Below are positions 50,601 to 64,000 of a DNA stretch of 64,000 nucleotides, piece by piece. The stretch comes from Antedon mediterranea. Lineage: Eukaryota > Animalia > Echinodermata. The notes beneath the pieces are model-generated. The model was not told where the DNA came from. It saw nothing but the letters and a program-made list of their open reading frames with translations, and searched no databases. The stretch's first letter is position 1; the number at the start of each line of letters is the position of its first letter. The stretch is taken from assembly GCF_964355755.1 (NCBI RefSeq), contig NC_092671.1:21779317-21843316 (forward strand), given 5' to 3'. The position numbers and the translations under genes were made by a program.

Positions 50601-53600
50601 TTGGGATTTTCGAAAAAACTTGTTAACATAAAAACACCAAAGTGCTTAGAATAGCTTCAAATCGCATTTGGAGACGTTTTAGACCATTTTGTAATTTTCA
50701 AAAAAACTTGTTAACATAAAAACACCAAAGTTCTTAGAATAGCTTCAAATCGCATTTGGAGACGTTTTAGACCATTTTGTGCATTTCGATGAAACTTGGT
50801 TACACAAAAACATCAAAGTCCTTAAAATCACATTATAAACCGTTTTAGACCATTTGAGCATTTCGATAACACTTTTCACACAAAAACATCAAAGAGCACA
50901 ATATAGCTTAATATCCTATTTAAAAACGTTTTAGACCATTTTGAGCATTTCGACAAAACTTTTTCACACAAAACACCAAAGTGCTTAGAATACCTTCAAA
51001 TCGCATTTGGAGACGTTTTAGACCATTTTGTGTTTTTCGAAAAAACTTGTTAACATAAAAACATCAAAGTTTACAGAATAGCTTCAAATCGCATTTGGAG
51101 ACGTTTTAGACAATTTTGTGATTTTCGAAAAAACTTGTTAATATAAAAACACCAAAGTGCTTAGAATAGCTTCAAATCGCATTTGGAGACGTTTTAGACC
51201 ATTTTGTGATTTTCGAAAAAACTTGGTTACACAAAAACATCAAAGTGCTTAAAATCACATTATAAAACCGTTTTAGACCATTTTGAGCATTTCGATAACA
51301 CTTTTCACAAAAAAACATCAAAGAGCATAAAATAGGTTAATATCGTATTTAAAAACGTTTTAGACCATTTTGAGCATTTCGACAAAACTTTTTCACACAA
51401 AACACCAAAGTGTACAGAATAGCTTAATATCGTATTTAAAAACGTTTTAGACCATTTTGTGATTTTCGAAAAAACTTGTTAACATAAAAACACCAAAGTG
51501 CTTACAATAATAGCTTCAAATCGCATTAGGAGACGTTTTAGACCATTTTGTGATTTTCGAAAAAACTTGTTAACATAAAAACATCAAAGTGTACAGAATA
51601 GCTTCAAATCGCATTTGGAGACGTTTTAGACCATTTTGTGATTTTCAAAAAAAACTTGTTAACATAAAAACACCAAAGTGCTTAGAATATCTTCAAATCG
51701 CATTTGGAGACGTTTTAGACCATTTTGTGATTTTCGAAAAAACTTGTTAACATAAAAACATCAAAGTTTACAGAATAACTTCAAATCGCATTTGGAGACG
51801 TTTTAGACAATTTTGTGATTTTCGAAAAAACTTGTTAACACAAAAACACCAAAGTGTTTAGAAAAGCTTCAAATCGCATTTGGAGAAGTTTTAGACCATT
51901 TTGTGATTTTCGAAAAAACTTGTTAACATAAAAACACCAAAGTGTTTAGAAAAGCTTCAAATCGCATTTGGAGACGTTTTAGACCATTTTGGGATTTTCG
52001 AAAAAACTTGTTAACATAAAAACACCAAAGTGCTTAGAATAGCTTCAAATCGCATTTGGAGACGTTTTAGACCATTTTGTAATTTTCAAAAAAACTTGTT
52101 AACATAAAAACACCAAAGTTCTTAGAATAGCTTCAAATCGCATTTGGAGACGTTTTAGACCATTTTGTGCATTTCGATGAAACTTGGTTACACAAAAACA
52201 TCAAAGTCCTTAAAATCACATTATAAACCGTTTTAGACCATTTGAGCATTTCGATAACACTTTTCACACAAAAACATCAAAGAGCACAATATAGCTTAAT
52301 ATCCTATTTAAAAACGTTTTAGACCATTTTGAGCATTTCGACAAAACTTTTTCACACAAAACACCAAAGTGCTTAGAATACCTTCAAATCGCATTTGGAG
52401 ACGTTTTAGACCATTTTGTGTTTTTCGAAAAAACTTGTTAACATAAAAACATCAAAGTTTACAGAATAGCTTCAAATCGCATTTGGAGACGTTTTAGACA
52501 ATTTTGTGATTTTCGAAAAAACTTGTTAATATAAAAACACCAAAGTGCTTAGAATAGCTTCAAATCGCATTTGGAGACGTTTTAGACCATTTTGTGATTT
52601 TCGACAAAACTTTTTCACACAAAACACCAAAGTGCTTAGAATACCTTCAAATCGCATTTGGAGACGTTTTAGACCATTTTGTGATTTTCGAAAAAACTTG
52701 TTAACATAAAAACATCAAAGTGTCCAGAATAGCTTCAAATCGCATTTGGAGACGTTTTAGACCATTTTGTGATTTTCGAAAAAACTTGTTAACATAAAAA
52801 CACCAAAGTGCTTAGAATAGCTTCAAATCGCATTAGGAGACGTTTTAGACCATTTTGTTATTTTCGAAAAAACTTGTTAACATAAAAACACCAAAATGTT
52901 TAGAATAGCTTCAAATCGCATTTGTAGACGTTTTAGACCATTTTGTGATTTTCGAAAAAACTTGTTAACACAAAAACACCAAAGTGATTAGAATAGCTTC
53001 AAATCGCATTTGGAGACGTTTTAGACCATTTTGTGCATTTCGATGAAACTTGGTTACGCAAAAACATCAAAGTGCTTAAAATCACATTATAAACCGTTTT
53101 AGACCATTTTGAGCATATCGATAACACTTTTCACTCAAAAACATCAAAGAGCACAATATAGCTTAATATCGTATTTAAAAACGTTTTAGACCATTTTGAG
53201 CAATTCGACAAAACTTTTTCACACAAAACACCAAAGTGCTTAGAATAGCTTCAAATCGCATTTGGAGACGTTTTAGACCATTTTGTGATTTTCGAAAAAA
53301 ACTTGTTAACATAAAAACATCAAAGGGCTAAGAATAGCTTCAAATCGCATTTGGAGACATTTTAGACCAATTAGTGATTTTCGAAAAAACTTGGTTACAC
53401 AAAAACATCAAAGTGGTTAAAATCACATTATAAACCGTTTTAGACCATTTTGAGCATATCGATAAAATTTTTTACACAAAAACATCAAAGAGCACAAAAT
53501 AGCTTAATATCGTATTTTGAAACGTTTTAGAACATTTTGTGATTTTCGAAAAAACTTGTTAACATAAAACTCCAAAGTGTACAGAATAGCTTCAAATCGC

Positions 53601-56600
53601 ATTTGGAGACATTTTAGACCAATTTGTGATTTTCGAAAAAACTTGTTAACATAAAAACACCAAAGTGCTAAGAATAGCTTCAAATCGCATTTGGAGACAT
53701 TTTAGACCAATTTGTGATTTTCGAAAAAACTTGGTTACACAAAAACATCAAAGTGCTTAAAATCACATTATAAAACCGTTTTAGACCATTTTGAGCATTT
53801 CGATAACACTTTTCACACAAAAACATCAAAGAGCATAAAATAGGTTAATATCGTATTTAAAAACGTTTTAGACCATTTTGAGCATTTCGATGAAACTTGG
53901 TTACGCAAAAACATCAAAGTGTTTAAAATCACATTATAAACCGTTTTAGACCATTTTGAGCATATCGATAAAATTTTTTACACAAAAACATCAAAGAGCA
54001 CAAAATAGCTTAATATCGTATTTGGAAACGTTTTAGAACATTTTGTGATTTTCGAAAAAACTTGTTAACATAAAAACATCAAAGTGTCCAGAATAGCTTC
54101 AAATCGCATTTGGAGACGTTTTAGACCATTTTGTGATTTTCGAAAAAACTTGTTAACATAAAAACACCAAAGTGCTTAGAATAGCTTCAAATCGCATTAG
54201 GAGACGTTTTAGACCATTTTGTTATTTTCGAAAAAACTTGTTAACATAAAAACACCAAAATGTTTAGAATAGCTTCAAATCGCATTTGTAGACGTTTTAG
54301 ACCATTTTGTGATTTTCGAAAAAACTTGTTAACATAAAAACACCAAAGTGCTTAGAATATCTTCAAATCGCATTTGGAGACGTTTTAGACCATTTTGTGA
54401 TTTTCGAAAAAACTTGTTAACATAAAAACATCAAAGTTTACAGAATAACTTCAAATCGCATTTGGAGACGTTTTAGACAATTTTGTGATTTTCGAAAAAA
54501 CTTGTTAACACAAAAACACCAAAGTGTTTAGAAAAGCTTCAAATCGCATTTGGAGAAGTTTTAGACCATTTTGTGATTTTCGAAAAAACTTGTTAACATA
54601 AAAACACCAAAGTGTTTAGAAAAGCTTCAAATCGCATTTGGAGACGTTTTAGACCATTTTGGGATTTTCGAAAAAACTTGTTAACATAAAAACACCAAAG
54701 TGCTTAGAATAGCTTCAAATCGCATTTGGAGACGTTTTAGACCATTTTGTAATTTTCAAAAAAACTTGTTAACATAAAAACACCAAAGTTCTTAGAATAG
54801 CTTCAAATCGCATTTGGAGACGTTTTAGACCATTTTGTGCATTTCGATGAAACTTGGTTACACAAAAACATCAAAGTCCTTAAAATCACATTATAAACCG
54901 TTTTAGACCATTTGAGCATTTCGATAACACTTTTCACACAAAAACATCAAAGAGCACAATATAGCTTAATATCCTATTTAAAAACGTTTTAGACCATTTT
55001 GAGCATTTCGACAAAACTTTTTCACACAAAACACCAAAGTGCTTAGAATACCTTCAAATCGCATTTGGAGACGTTTTAGACCATTTTGTGTTTTTCGAAA
55101 AAACTTGTTAACATAAAAACATCAAAGTTTACAGAATAGCTTCAAATCGCATTTGGAGACGTTTTAGACAATTTTGTGATTTTCGAAAAAACTTGTTAAT
55201 ATAAAAACACCAAAGTGCTTAGAATAGCTTCAAATCGCATTTGGAGACGTTTTAGACCATTTTGTGATTTTCGACAAAACTTTTTCACACAAAACACCAA
55301 AGTGCTTAGAATACCTTCAAATCGCATTTGGAGACGTTTTAGACCATTTTGTGATTTTCGAAAAAACTTGTTAACATAAAAACATCAAAGTGTCCAGAAT
55401 AGCTTCAAATCGCATTTGGAGACGTTTTAGACCATTTTGTGATTTTCGAAAAAACTTGTTAACATAAAAACACCAAAGTGCTTAGAATAGCTTCAAATCG
55501 CATTAGGAGACGTTTTAGACCATTTTGTTATTTTCGAAAAAACTTGTTAACATAAAAACACCAAAATGTTTAGAATAGCTTCAAATCGCATTTGTAGACG
55601 TTTTAGACCATTTTGTGATTTTCGAAAAAACTTGTTAACACAAAAACACCAAAGTGATTAGAATAGCTTCAAATCGCATTTGGAGACGTTTTAGACCATT
55701 TTGTGCATTTCGATGAAACTTGGTTACGCAAAAACATCAAAGTGCTTAAAATCACATTATAAACCGTTTTAGACCATTTTGAGCATATCGATAACACTTT
55801 TCACACAAAAACATCAAAGAGCACAATATAGCTTAATATCGTATTTAAAAACGTTTTAGACCATTTTGAGCAATTCGACAAAACTTTTTCACACAAAACA
55901 CCAAAGTGCTTAGAATAGCTTCAAATCGCATTTGGAGACGTTTTAGACCATTTTGTGATTTTCGAAAAAACTTGTTAACATAAAAACATCAAAGGGCTAA
56001 GAATAGCTTCAAATCGCATTTGGAGACATTTTAGACCAATTAGTGATTTTCGAAAAAACTTGGTTACACAAAAACATCAAAGTGGTTAAAATCACATTAT
56101 AAACCGTTTTAGACCATTTTGAGCATATCGATAAAATTTTTTACACAAAAACATCAAAGAGCACAAAATAGCTTAATATCGTATTTGGAAACGTTTTAGA
56201 ACATTTTGTGATTTTCGAAAAAACTTGTTAACATAAAACTCCAAAGTGTACAGAATAGCTTCAAATCGCATTTGGAGACATTTTAGACCAATTTGTGATT
56301 TTCGAAAAAACTTGTTAACATAAAAACACCAAAGTGCTAAGAATAGCTTCAAATCGCATTTGGAGACATTTTAGACCAATTTGTGATTTTCGAAAAAACT
56401 TGGTTACACAAAAACATCAAAGTGCTTAAAATCACATTATAAAACCGTTTTAGACCATTTTGAGCATTTCGATAACACTTTTCACACAAAAACATCAAAG
56501 AGCATAAAATAGGTTAATATCGTATTTAAAAACGTTTTAGACCATTTTGAGCATTTCGATGAAACTTGGTTACGCAAAAACATCAAAGTGTTTAAAATCA

Positions 56601-59600
56601 CATTATAAACCGTTTTAGACCATTTTGAGCATATCGATAAAATTTTTTACACAAAAACATCAAAGAGCACAAAATAGCTTAATATCGTATTTGGAAACGT
56701 TTTAGAACATTTTGTGATTTTCGAAAAAACTTGTTAACATAAAACACCAAAGTGTACAGAATAGCTTCAAATCGCATTTGGAGACATTTTAGACAAATTT
56801 GTGATTTTCGAAAAAACTTGTTAACATAAAAACACCAAAGTGCTAAGAATAGCTTCAAATCGCATTTGGAGACATTTTAGACCAATTTGTGATTTTCGAA
56901 AAAACTTGGTTACACCAAAACATCAAAGTGCTTAAAATCACATTATAAAACCGTTTTAGACCATTTTGAGCATTTCGATAACACTTTTCACACAAAAACA
57001 TCAAAGAGCATAAAATAGGTTAATATCGTATTTAAAAACGTTTTAGACCATTTTGAGCATTTCGACAAAACTTTTTCACACAAAACACCAAAGTGTACAG
57101 AATAGCTTAATATCGTATTTAAAAACGTTTTAGACCATTTTGTGATTTTCGAAAAAACTTGTTAACATAAAAACACCAAAGTACTTACAATAGCTTCAAA
57201 TCGCATTAGGAGACGTTTTAGACCATTTTGTGATTTTCGAAAAAACTTGTTAACATAAAAACATCAAAGTGTACAGAATAGCTTCAAATCGCATTTGGAG
57301 ACGTTTTAGACCATTTTGTGATTTTCGAAAAAAACTTGTTAACATAAAAACACCAAAGTGCTTAGAATAGCTTCAAATCGCATTTGGAGACGTTTTAGAC
57401 CATTTTGTGATTTTCGAAAAAACTTGTTAATATAAAAACACCAAAGTACTTAGAATAGCTTCAAATCGCATTTGGAGACGTTTTAGACCATTTTGTGATT
57501 TTCGAAAAAACTTGTTAACATAAAAACACCAAAGTTCTTAAAATAGCTTCAAATCGCATTTGGAGACGTTTTAGACCATTTTGTGATTTTCGAAAAAACT
57601 TGTTAACACAAAAACACCAAAGTGTTTAGAAAAGCTTCAAATCGCATTTGGAGAAGTTTTAGACCATTTTGTGATTTTCGAAAAAACTTGTTAACATAAA
57701 AACACCAAAGTGTTTAGAAAAGCTTCAAATCGCATTTGGAGACGTTTTAGACCATTTTGGGATTTTCGAAAAAACTTGTTAACATAAAAACACCAAAGTG
57801 CTTAGAATAGCTTCAAATCGCATTTGGAGACGTTTTAGACCATTTTGTAATTTTCAAAAAAACTTGTTAACATAAAAACACCAAAGTTCTTAGAATAGCT
57901 TCAAATCGCATTTGGAGACGTTTTAGACCATTTTGTGCATTTCGATGAAACTTGGTTACACAAAAACATCAAAGTCCTTAAAATCACATTATAAACCGTT
58001 TTAGACCATTTGAGCATTTCGATAACACTTTTCACACAAAAACATCAAAGAGCACAATATAGCTTAATATCCTATTTAAAAACGTTTTAGACCATTTTGA
58101 GCATTTCGACAAAACTTTTTCACACAAAACACCAAAGTGCTTAGAATACCTTCAAATCGCATTTGGAGACGTTTTAGACCATTTTGTGTTTTTCGAAAAA
58201 ACTTGTTAACATAAAAACATCAAAGTTTACAGAATAGCTTCAAATCGCATTTGGAGACGTTTTAGACAATTTTGTGATTTTCGAAAAAACTTGTTAATAT
58301 AAAAACACCAAAGTGCTTAGAATAGCTTCAAATCGCATTGGGAGACGTTTTAGACCATTTTGTGATTTTCGAAAAAACTTGTTAACATAAAAACATCAAA
58401 GTGTACAGAATAGCTTCAAATCGCATTTGGAGACGTTTTAGACCATTTTGTGATTTTCGAAAAAACTTGTTAACATAAAAACACCAAAGTGCTTAGAATA
58501 GCTTCAAATAGCATTTGGAGACGTTTTAAACCATTTTGTGATTTTCGAAAAAACTTGTTAACATAAAAACACCAAAATGTTTAGAATAGCTTCAAATCGC
58601 ATTTGGAGACGTTTTAGACCATTTTGTGATTTTCGAAAAAACTTGTTAATATAAAAACACCAAAGTACTTAGAATAGCTTCAAATCGCATTTGGAGACGT
58701 TTTAGACAATTTTGTGATTTTCGAAAAAACTTGTTAACATAAAAACACCAAAGTTCTTAAAATAGCTTCAAATCGCATTTGGAGACGTTTTAGACCATTT
58801 TGTGATTTTCGAAAAAACTTGTTAACACAAAAACACCAAAGTGTTTAGAAAAGCTTCAAATCGCATTTGGAGAAGTTTTAGACCATTTTGTGATTTTCGA
58901 AAAAACTTGTTAACATAAAAACACCAAAGTGCTAAGAATAGCTTCAAATCGCATTTGGAGACATTTTAGACCAATTTGTGATTTTCGAAAAAACTTGGTT
59001 ACACCAAAACATCAAAGTGCTTAAAATCACATTATAAAACCGTTTTAGACCATTTTGAGCATTTCGATAACACTTTTCACACAAAAACATCAAAGAGCAT
59101 AAAATAGGTTAATATCGTATTTAAAAACGTTTTAGACCATTTTGAGCATTTCGACAAAACTTTTTCACACAAAACACCAAAGTGTACAGAATAGCTTAAT
59201 ATCGTATTTAAAAACGTTTTAGACCATTTTGTGATTTTCGAAAAAACTTGTTAACATAAAAACACCAAAGTACTTACAATAGCTTCAAATCGCATTAGGA
59301 GACGTTTTAGACCATTTTGTGATTTTCGAAAAAACTTGTTAACATAAAAACATCAAAGTGTACAGAATAGCTTCAAATCGCATTTGGAGACGTTTTAGAC
59401 CATTTTGTGATTTTCGAAAAAAACTTGTTAACATAAAAACACCAAAGTGCTTAGAATAGCTTCAAATCGCATTTGGAGACGTTTTAGACCATTTTGTGAT
59501 TTTCGAAAAAACTTGTTAATATAAAAACACCAAAGTACTTAGAATAGCTTCAAATCGCATTTGGAGACGTTTTAGACCATTTTGTGATTTTCGAAAAAAC

Positions 59601-62600
59601 TTGTTAACATAAAAACACCAAAGTTCTTAAAATAGCTTCAAATCGCATTTGGAGACGTTTTAGACCATTTTGTGATTTTCGAAAAAACTTGTTAACACAA
59701 AAACACCAAAGTGTTTAGAAAAGCTTCAAATCGCATTTGGAGAAGTTTTAGACCATTTTGTGATTTTCGAAAAAACTTGTTAACATAAAAACACCAAAGT
59801 GTTTAGAAAAGCTTCAAATCGCATTTGGAGACGTTTTAGACCATTTTGGGATTTTCGAAAAAACTTGTTAACATAAAAACACCAAAGTGCTTAGAATAGC
59901 TTCAAATCGCATTTGGAGACGTTTTAGACCATTTTGTAATTTTCAAAAAAACTTGTTAACATAAAAACACCAAAGTTCTTAGAATAGCTTCAAATCGCAT
60001 TTGGAGACGTTTTAGACCATTTTGTGCATTTCGATGAAACTTGGTTACACAAAAACATCAAAGTCCTTAAAATCACATTATAAACCGTTTTAGACCATTT
60101 GAGCATTTCGATAACACTTTTCACACAAAAACATCAAAGAGCACAATATAGCTTAATATCCTATTTAAAAACGTTTTAGACCATTTTGAGCATTTCGACA
60201 AAACTTTTTCACACAAAACACCAAAGTGCTTAGAATACCTTCAAATCGCATTTGGAGACGTTTTAGACCATTTTGTGTTTTTCGAAAAAACTTGTTAACA
60301 TAAAAACATCAAAGTTTACAGAATAGCTTCAAATCGCATTTGGAGACGTTTTAGACAATTTTGTGATTTTCGAAAAAACTTGTTAATATAAAAACACCAA
60401 AGTGCTTAGAATAGCTTCAAATCGCATTGGGAGACGTTTTAGACCATTTTGTGATTTTCGAAAAAACTTGTTAACATAAAAACATCAAAGTGTACAGAAT
60501 AGCTTCAAATCGCATTTGGAGACGTTTTAGACCATTTTGTGATTTTCGAAAAAACTTGTTAACATAAAAACACCAAAGTGCTTAGAATAGCTTCAAATAG
60601 CATTTGGAGACGTTTTAAACCATTTTGTGATTTTCGAAAAAACTTGTTAACATAAAAACACCAAAATGTTTAGAATAGCTTCAAATCGCATTTGGAGACG
60701 TTTTAGACCATTTTGTGATTTTCGAAAAAACTTGTTAATATAAAAACACCAAAGTACTTAGAATAGCTTCAAATCGCATTTGGAGACGTTTTAGACAATT
60801 TTGTGATTTTCGAAAAAACTTGTTAACATAAAAACACCAAAGTTCTTAAAATAGCTTCAAATCGCATTTGGAGACGTTTTAGACCATTTTGTGATTTTCG
60901 AAAAAACTTGTTAACACAAAAACACCAAAGTGTTTAGAAAAGCTTCAAATCGCATTTGGAGAAGTTTTAGACCATTTTGTGATTTTCGAAAAAACTTGTT
61001 AACATAAAAACACCAAAGTGTTTAGAAAAGCTTCAAATCGCATTTGGAGACGTTTTAGACCATTTTGGGATTTTCGAAAAAACTTGTTAACATAAAAACA
61101 CCAAAGTGCTTAGAATAGCTTCAAATCGCATTTGGAGACGTTTTAGACCATTTTGTAATTTTCAAAAAAACTTGTTAACATAAAAACACCAAAGTTCTTA
61201 GAATAGCTTCAAATCGCATTTGGAGACGTTTTAGACCATTTTGTGCATTTCGATGAAACTTGGTTACACAAAAACATCAAAGTCCTTAAAATCACATTAT
61301 AAACCGTTTTAGACCATTTGAGCATTTCGATAACATTTTTCACACAAAAACATCAAAGAGCACAATATAGCTTAATATCCTATTTAAAAACGTTTTAGAC
61401 CATTTTGAGCATTTCGACAAAACTTTTTCACACAAAACACCAAAGTGCTTAGAATACCTTCAAATCGCATTTTGTGTTTTAGACCATTTTGTGTTTTTCG
61501 AAAAAACTTGTTAACATAAAAACATCAAAGTTTACAGAATAGCTTCAAATCGCATTTGGAGACGTTTTAGACAATTTTGTGATTTTCGAAAAAACTTGTT
61601 AATATAAAAACACCAAAGTGCTTAGAATAGCTTCAAATCGCATTGGGAGACGTTTTAGACCATTTTGTGATTTTCGAAAAAACTTGTTAACATAAAAACA
61701 TCAAAGTGTACAGAATAGCTTCAAATCGCATTTGGAGACGTTTTAGACCATTTTGTGATTTTCGAAAAAACTTGTTAACATAAAAACACCAAAGTGCTTA
61801 GAATAGCTTCAAATCGCATTTGGAGACGTTTTAAACCATTTTGTGATTTTCGAAAAAACTTGTTAACATAAAAACACCAAAGTGCTTAGAATAGCTTCAA
61901 ATCGCATATGGAGACAATTTAGACCATTTTGTGATTTTCGAAAAAACTTGTTAACATAAAAACACCAAAGTGCTTAGAATACCTTCAAATCGCATTTGGA
62001 GACATTTTAGACCATTTTGTGATTTTCGAAAAAACTTGTTAACATAAAAACATCAAAGTGCTAAGAATAGCTTCCAATCGCATTTGGAGACGTTTTAGAC
62101 CATTTTGTGATTTTCGAAAAAACTTGTTAACATAAAAACATCAAAGGGCTAAGAATAGCTTCAAATCGCATTTGGAGACATTTTAGACCAATTAGTGATT
62201 TTCGAAAAAACTTGGTTACACAAAAACATCAAAGTGGTTAAAATCACATTATAAACCGTTTTAGACCATTTTGAGCATATCGATAAAATTTTTTACACAA
62301 AAACATCAAAGAGCACAAAATAGCTTAATATCGTATTTGGAAACGTTTTAGAACATTTTGTGATTTTCGAAAAAACTTGTTAACATAAAACACCAAAGTG
62401 TACAGAATAGCTTCAAATCGCATTTGGAGACATTTTAGACCAATTTGTGATTTTCGAAAAAACTTGTTAACATAAAAACACCAAAGTGCTAAGAATAGCT
62501 TCAAATCGCATTTGGAGACATTTTAGACCAATTTGTGATTTTCGAAAAAACTTGGTTACACAAAAACATCAAAGTGCTTAAAATCACATTATAAAACCGT

Positions 62601-64000
62601 TTTAGACCATTTTGAGCATTTCGATAACACTTTTCACACAAAAACATCAAAGAGCATAAAATAGGTTAATATCGTATTTAAAAACGTTTTAGACCATTTT
62701 GAGCATTTCGACAAAACTTTTTCACACAAAACACCAAAGTGTACAGAATAGCTTAATATCGTATTTAAAAACGTTTTTGACCATTTTGTGATTTTCGAAA
62801 AAACTTGTTAACATAAAAACACCAAAATGTTTAGAATAGCTTCAAATCGCATTTGGAGACGTTTTAGACCATTTTGTGATTTTCGAAAAAACTTGTTAAC
62901 ACAAAAACACCAAAGTGATTAGAATAGCTTCAAATCGCATTTGGAGACGTTTTAGACCATTTTGTGATTTTCGAAAAAACTTGTTAACATAAAAACACCA
63001 AAGTGATTAGAATAGATTCAAATCGCATTTGGAGACGTTTTAGACAATTTTGTGCATTTCGATGAAACTTGGTTACACAAAAACATCAAAGTGCTTAAAA
63101 TCACATTATAAACCGTTTTAGACCATTTGAGCATATCCATAACACTTTTCACACAAAAACATCAAAGGGCACAATATAGCTTAATATCCTATTTAAAAAC
63201 GTTTTAGACCATTTTGAGCATTTCGACAAAACTTTTTCACACAAAACACCAAAGTGCTTAGAATACCTTCAAATCGCATTTGGAGACGTTTTAGACCATT
63301 TTGTGATTTTCGAAAAAACTTAACATAAAAACATCAAAGTTTACAGAATAGCTTCAAATCGCATTTGGAGACGTTTTAGACAATTTTGTGATTTTCGAAA
63401 AAACTTGTTAACATAAAAACACCAAAGTGCTTAGAATAGCTTCAAATCGCATTGGGAGACGTTTTAGACCATTTTGTGATTTTCGAAAAAAACTTGTTAA
63501 CATAAAAACATCAAAGTGTACAGAATAGCTTCAAATCGCATTTGGAGACGTTTTAGACCATTTTGTGATTTTCGAAAAAACTTGTTAACATAAAAACACC
63601 AAAGTGCTTAGAATAGCTTCAAATCGCATTTGGAGACGTTTTAAACCATTTTGTGATTTTCGAAAAAACTTGTTAACATAAAAACACCAAAATGTTTAGA
63701 ATAGCTTCAAATCGCATTTGGAGACGTTTTAGACCATTTTGTGATTTTCGAAAAAACTTGTTAACACAAAAACACCAAAGTGATTAGAATAGCTTCAAAT
63801 CGCATTTGGAGACGTTTTAGACCATTTTGTGATTTTCGAAAAAACTTGTTAACATAAAAACACCAAAGTGATTAGAATAGCTTCAAATCGCATTTGGAGA
63901 CGTTTTAGACCATTTTGTGCATTTCGATGAAACTTGGTTACGCAAAAACATCAAAGTGCTTAAAATCACATTATAAACCGTTTTAGACCATTTTGAGCAT

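Larger units (their letters stand above)
22687..64000. repeat. Tandem satellite array, same 88-bp family, interrupted by four SINE copies
   Basis: Same monomer, variants and orientation as 1-16000, continuing to the window end. Confidence 0.98.

Noticed and set aside
1-64000. CRISPR-like array
   Set aside because: The repeats are contiguous with no unique spacers, there are no cas genes and the context is eukaryotic.

Overview
Eukaryotic (probably metazoan) AT-rich satellite array, plausibly centromeric or pericentromeric. It is built from an 88-bp monomer (consensus aaaaacttgttaacataaaaacaccaaagtgcttagaatagcttcaaatcgcatttggagacgttttagaccattttgtgattttcga), with a recurring divergent 78+87+87-bp monomer triplet and many irregular higher-order duplications. 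Two kinds of retroelement interrupt it. (1) One intact, very young 6,686-bp LTR retrotransposon (16001-22686) has 432-bp LTRs that look identical, a 5-bp TTCGA TSD, a tRNA-Leu PBS and a PPT. Its single 1525-aa ORF has Ty3/Gypsy-type domains in the order Gag(SCAN-like)-PR-IN-RT-RH, which makes it Gmr1-like. (2) Four copies of a 353-bp tRNA-headed SINE with a Deu/Nin-like central domain all sit at the same satellite position, so they represent one insertion amplified with the array. Filled and empty sites for both elements are present, so the order of events can be reconstructed. No host protein-coding genes are evident, and the short satellite ORFs are artefacts. All comparisons were made by eye.
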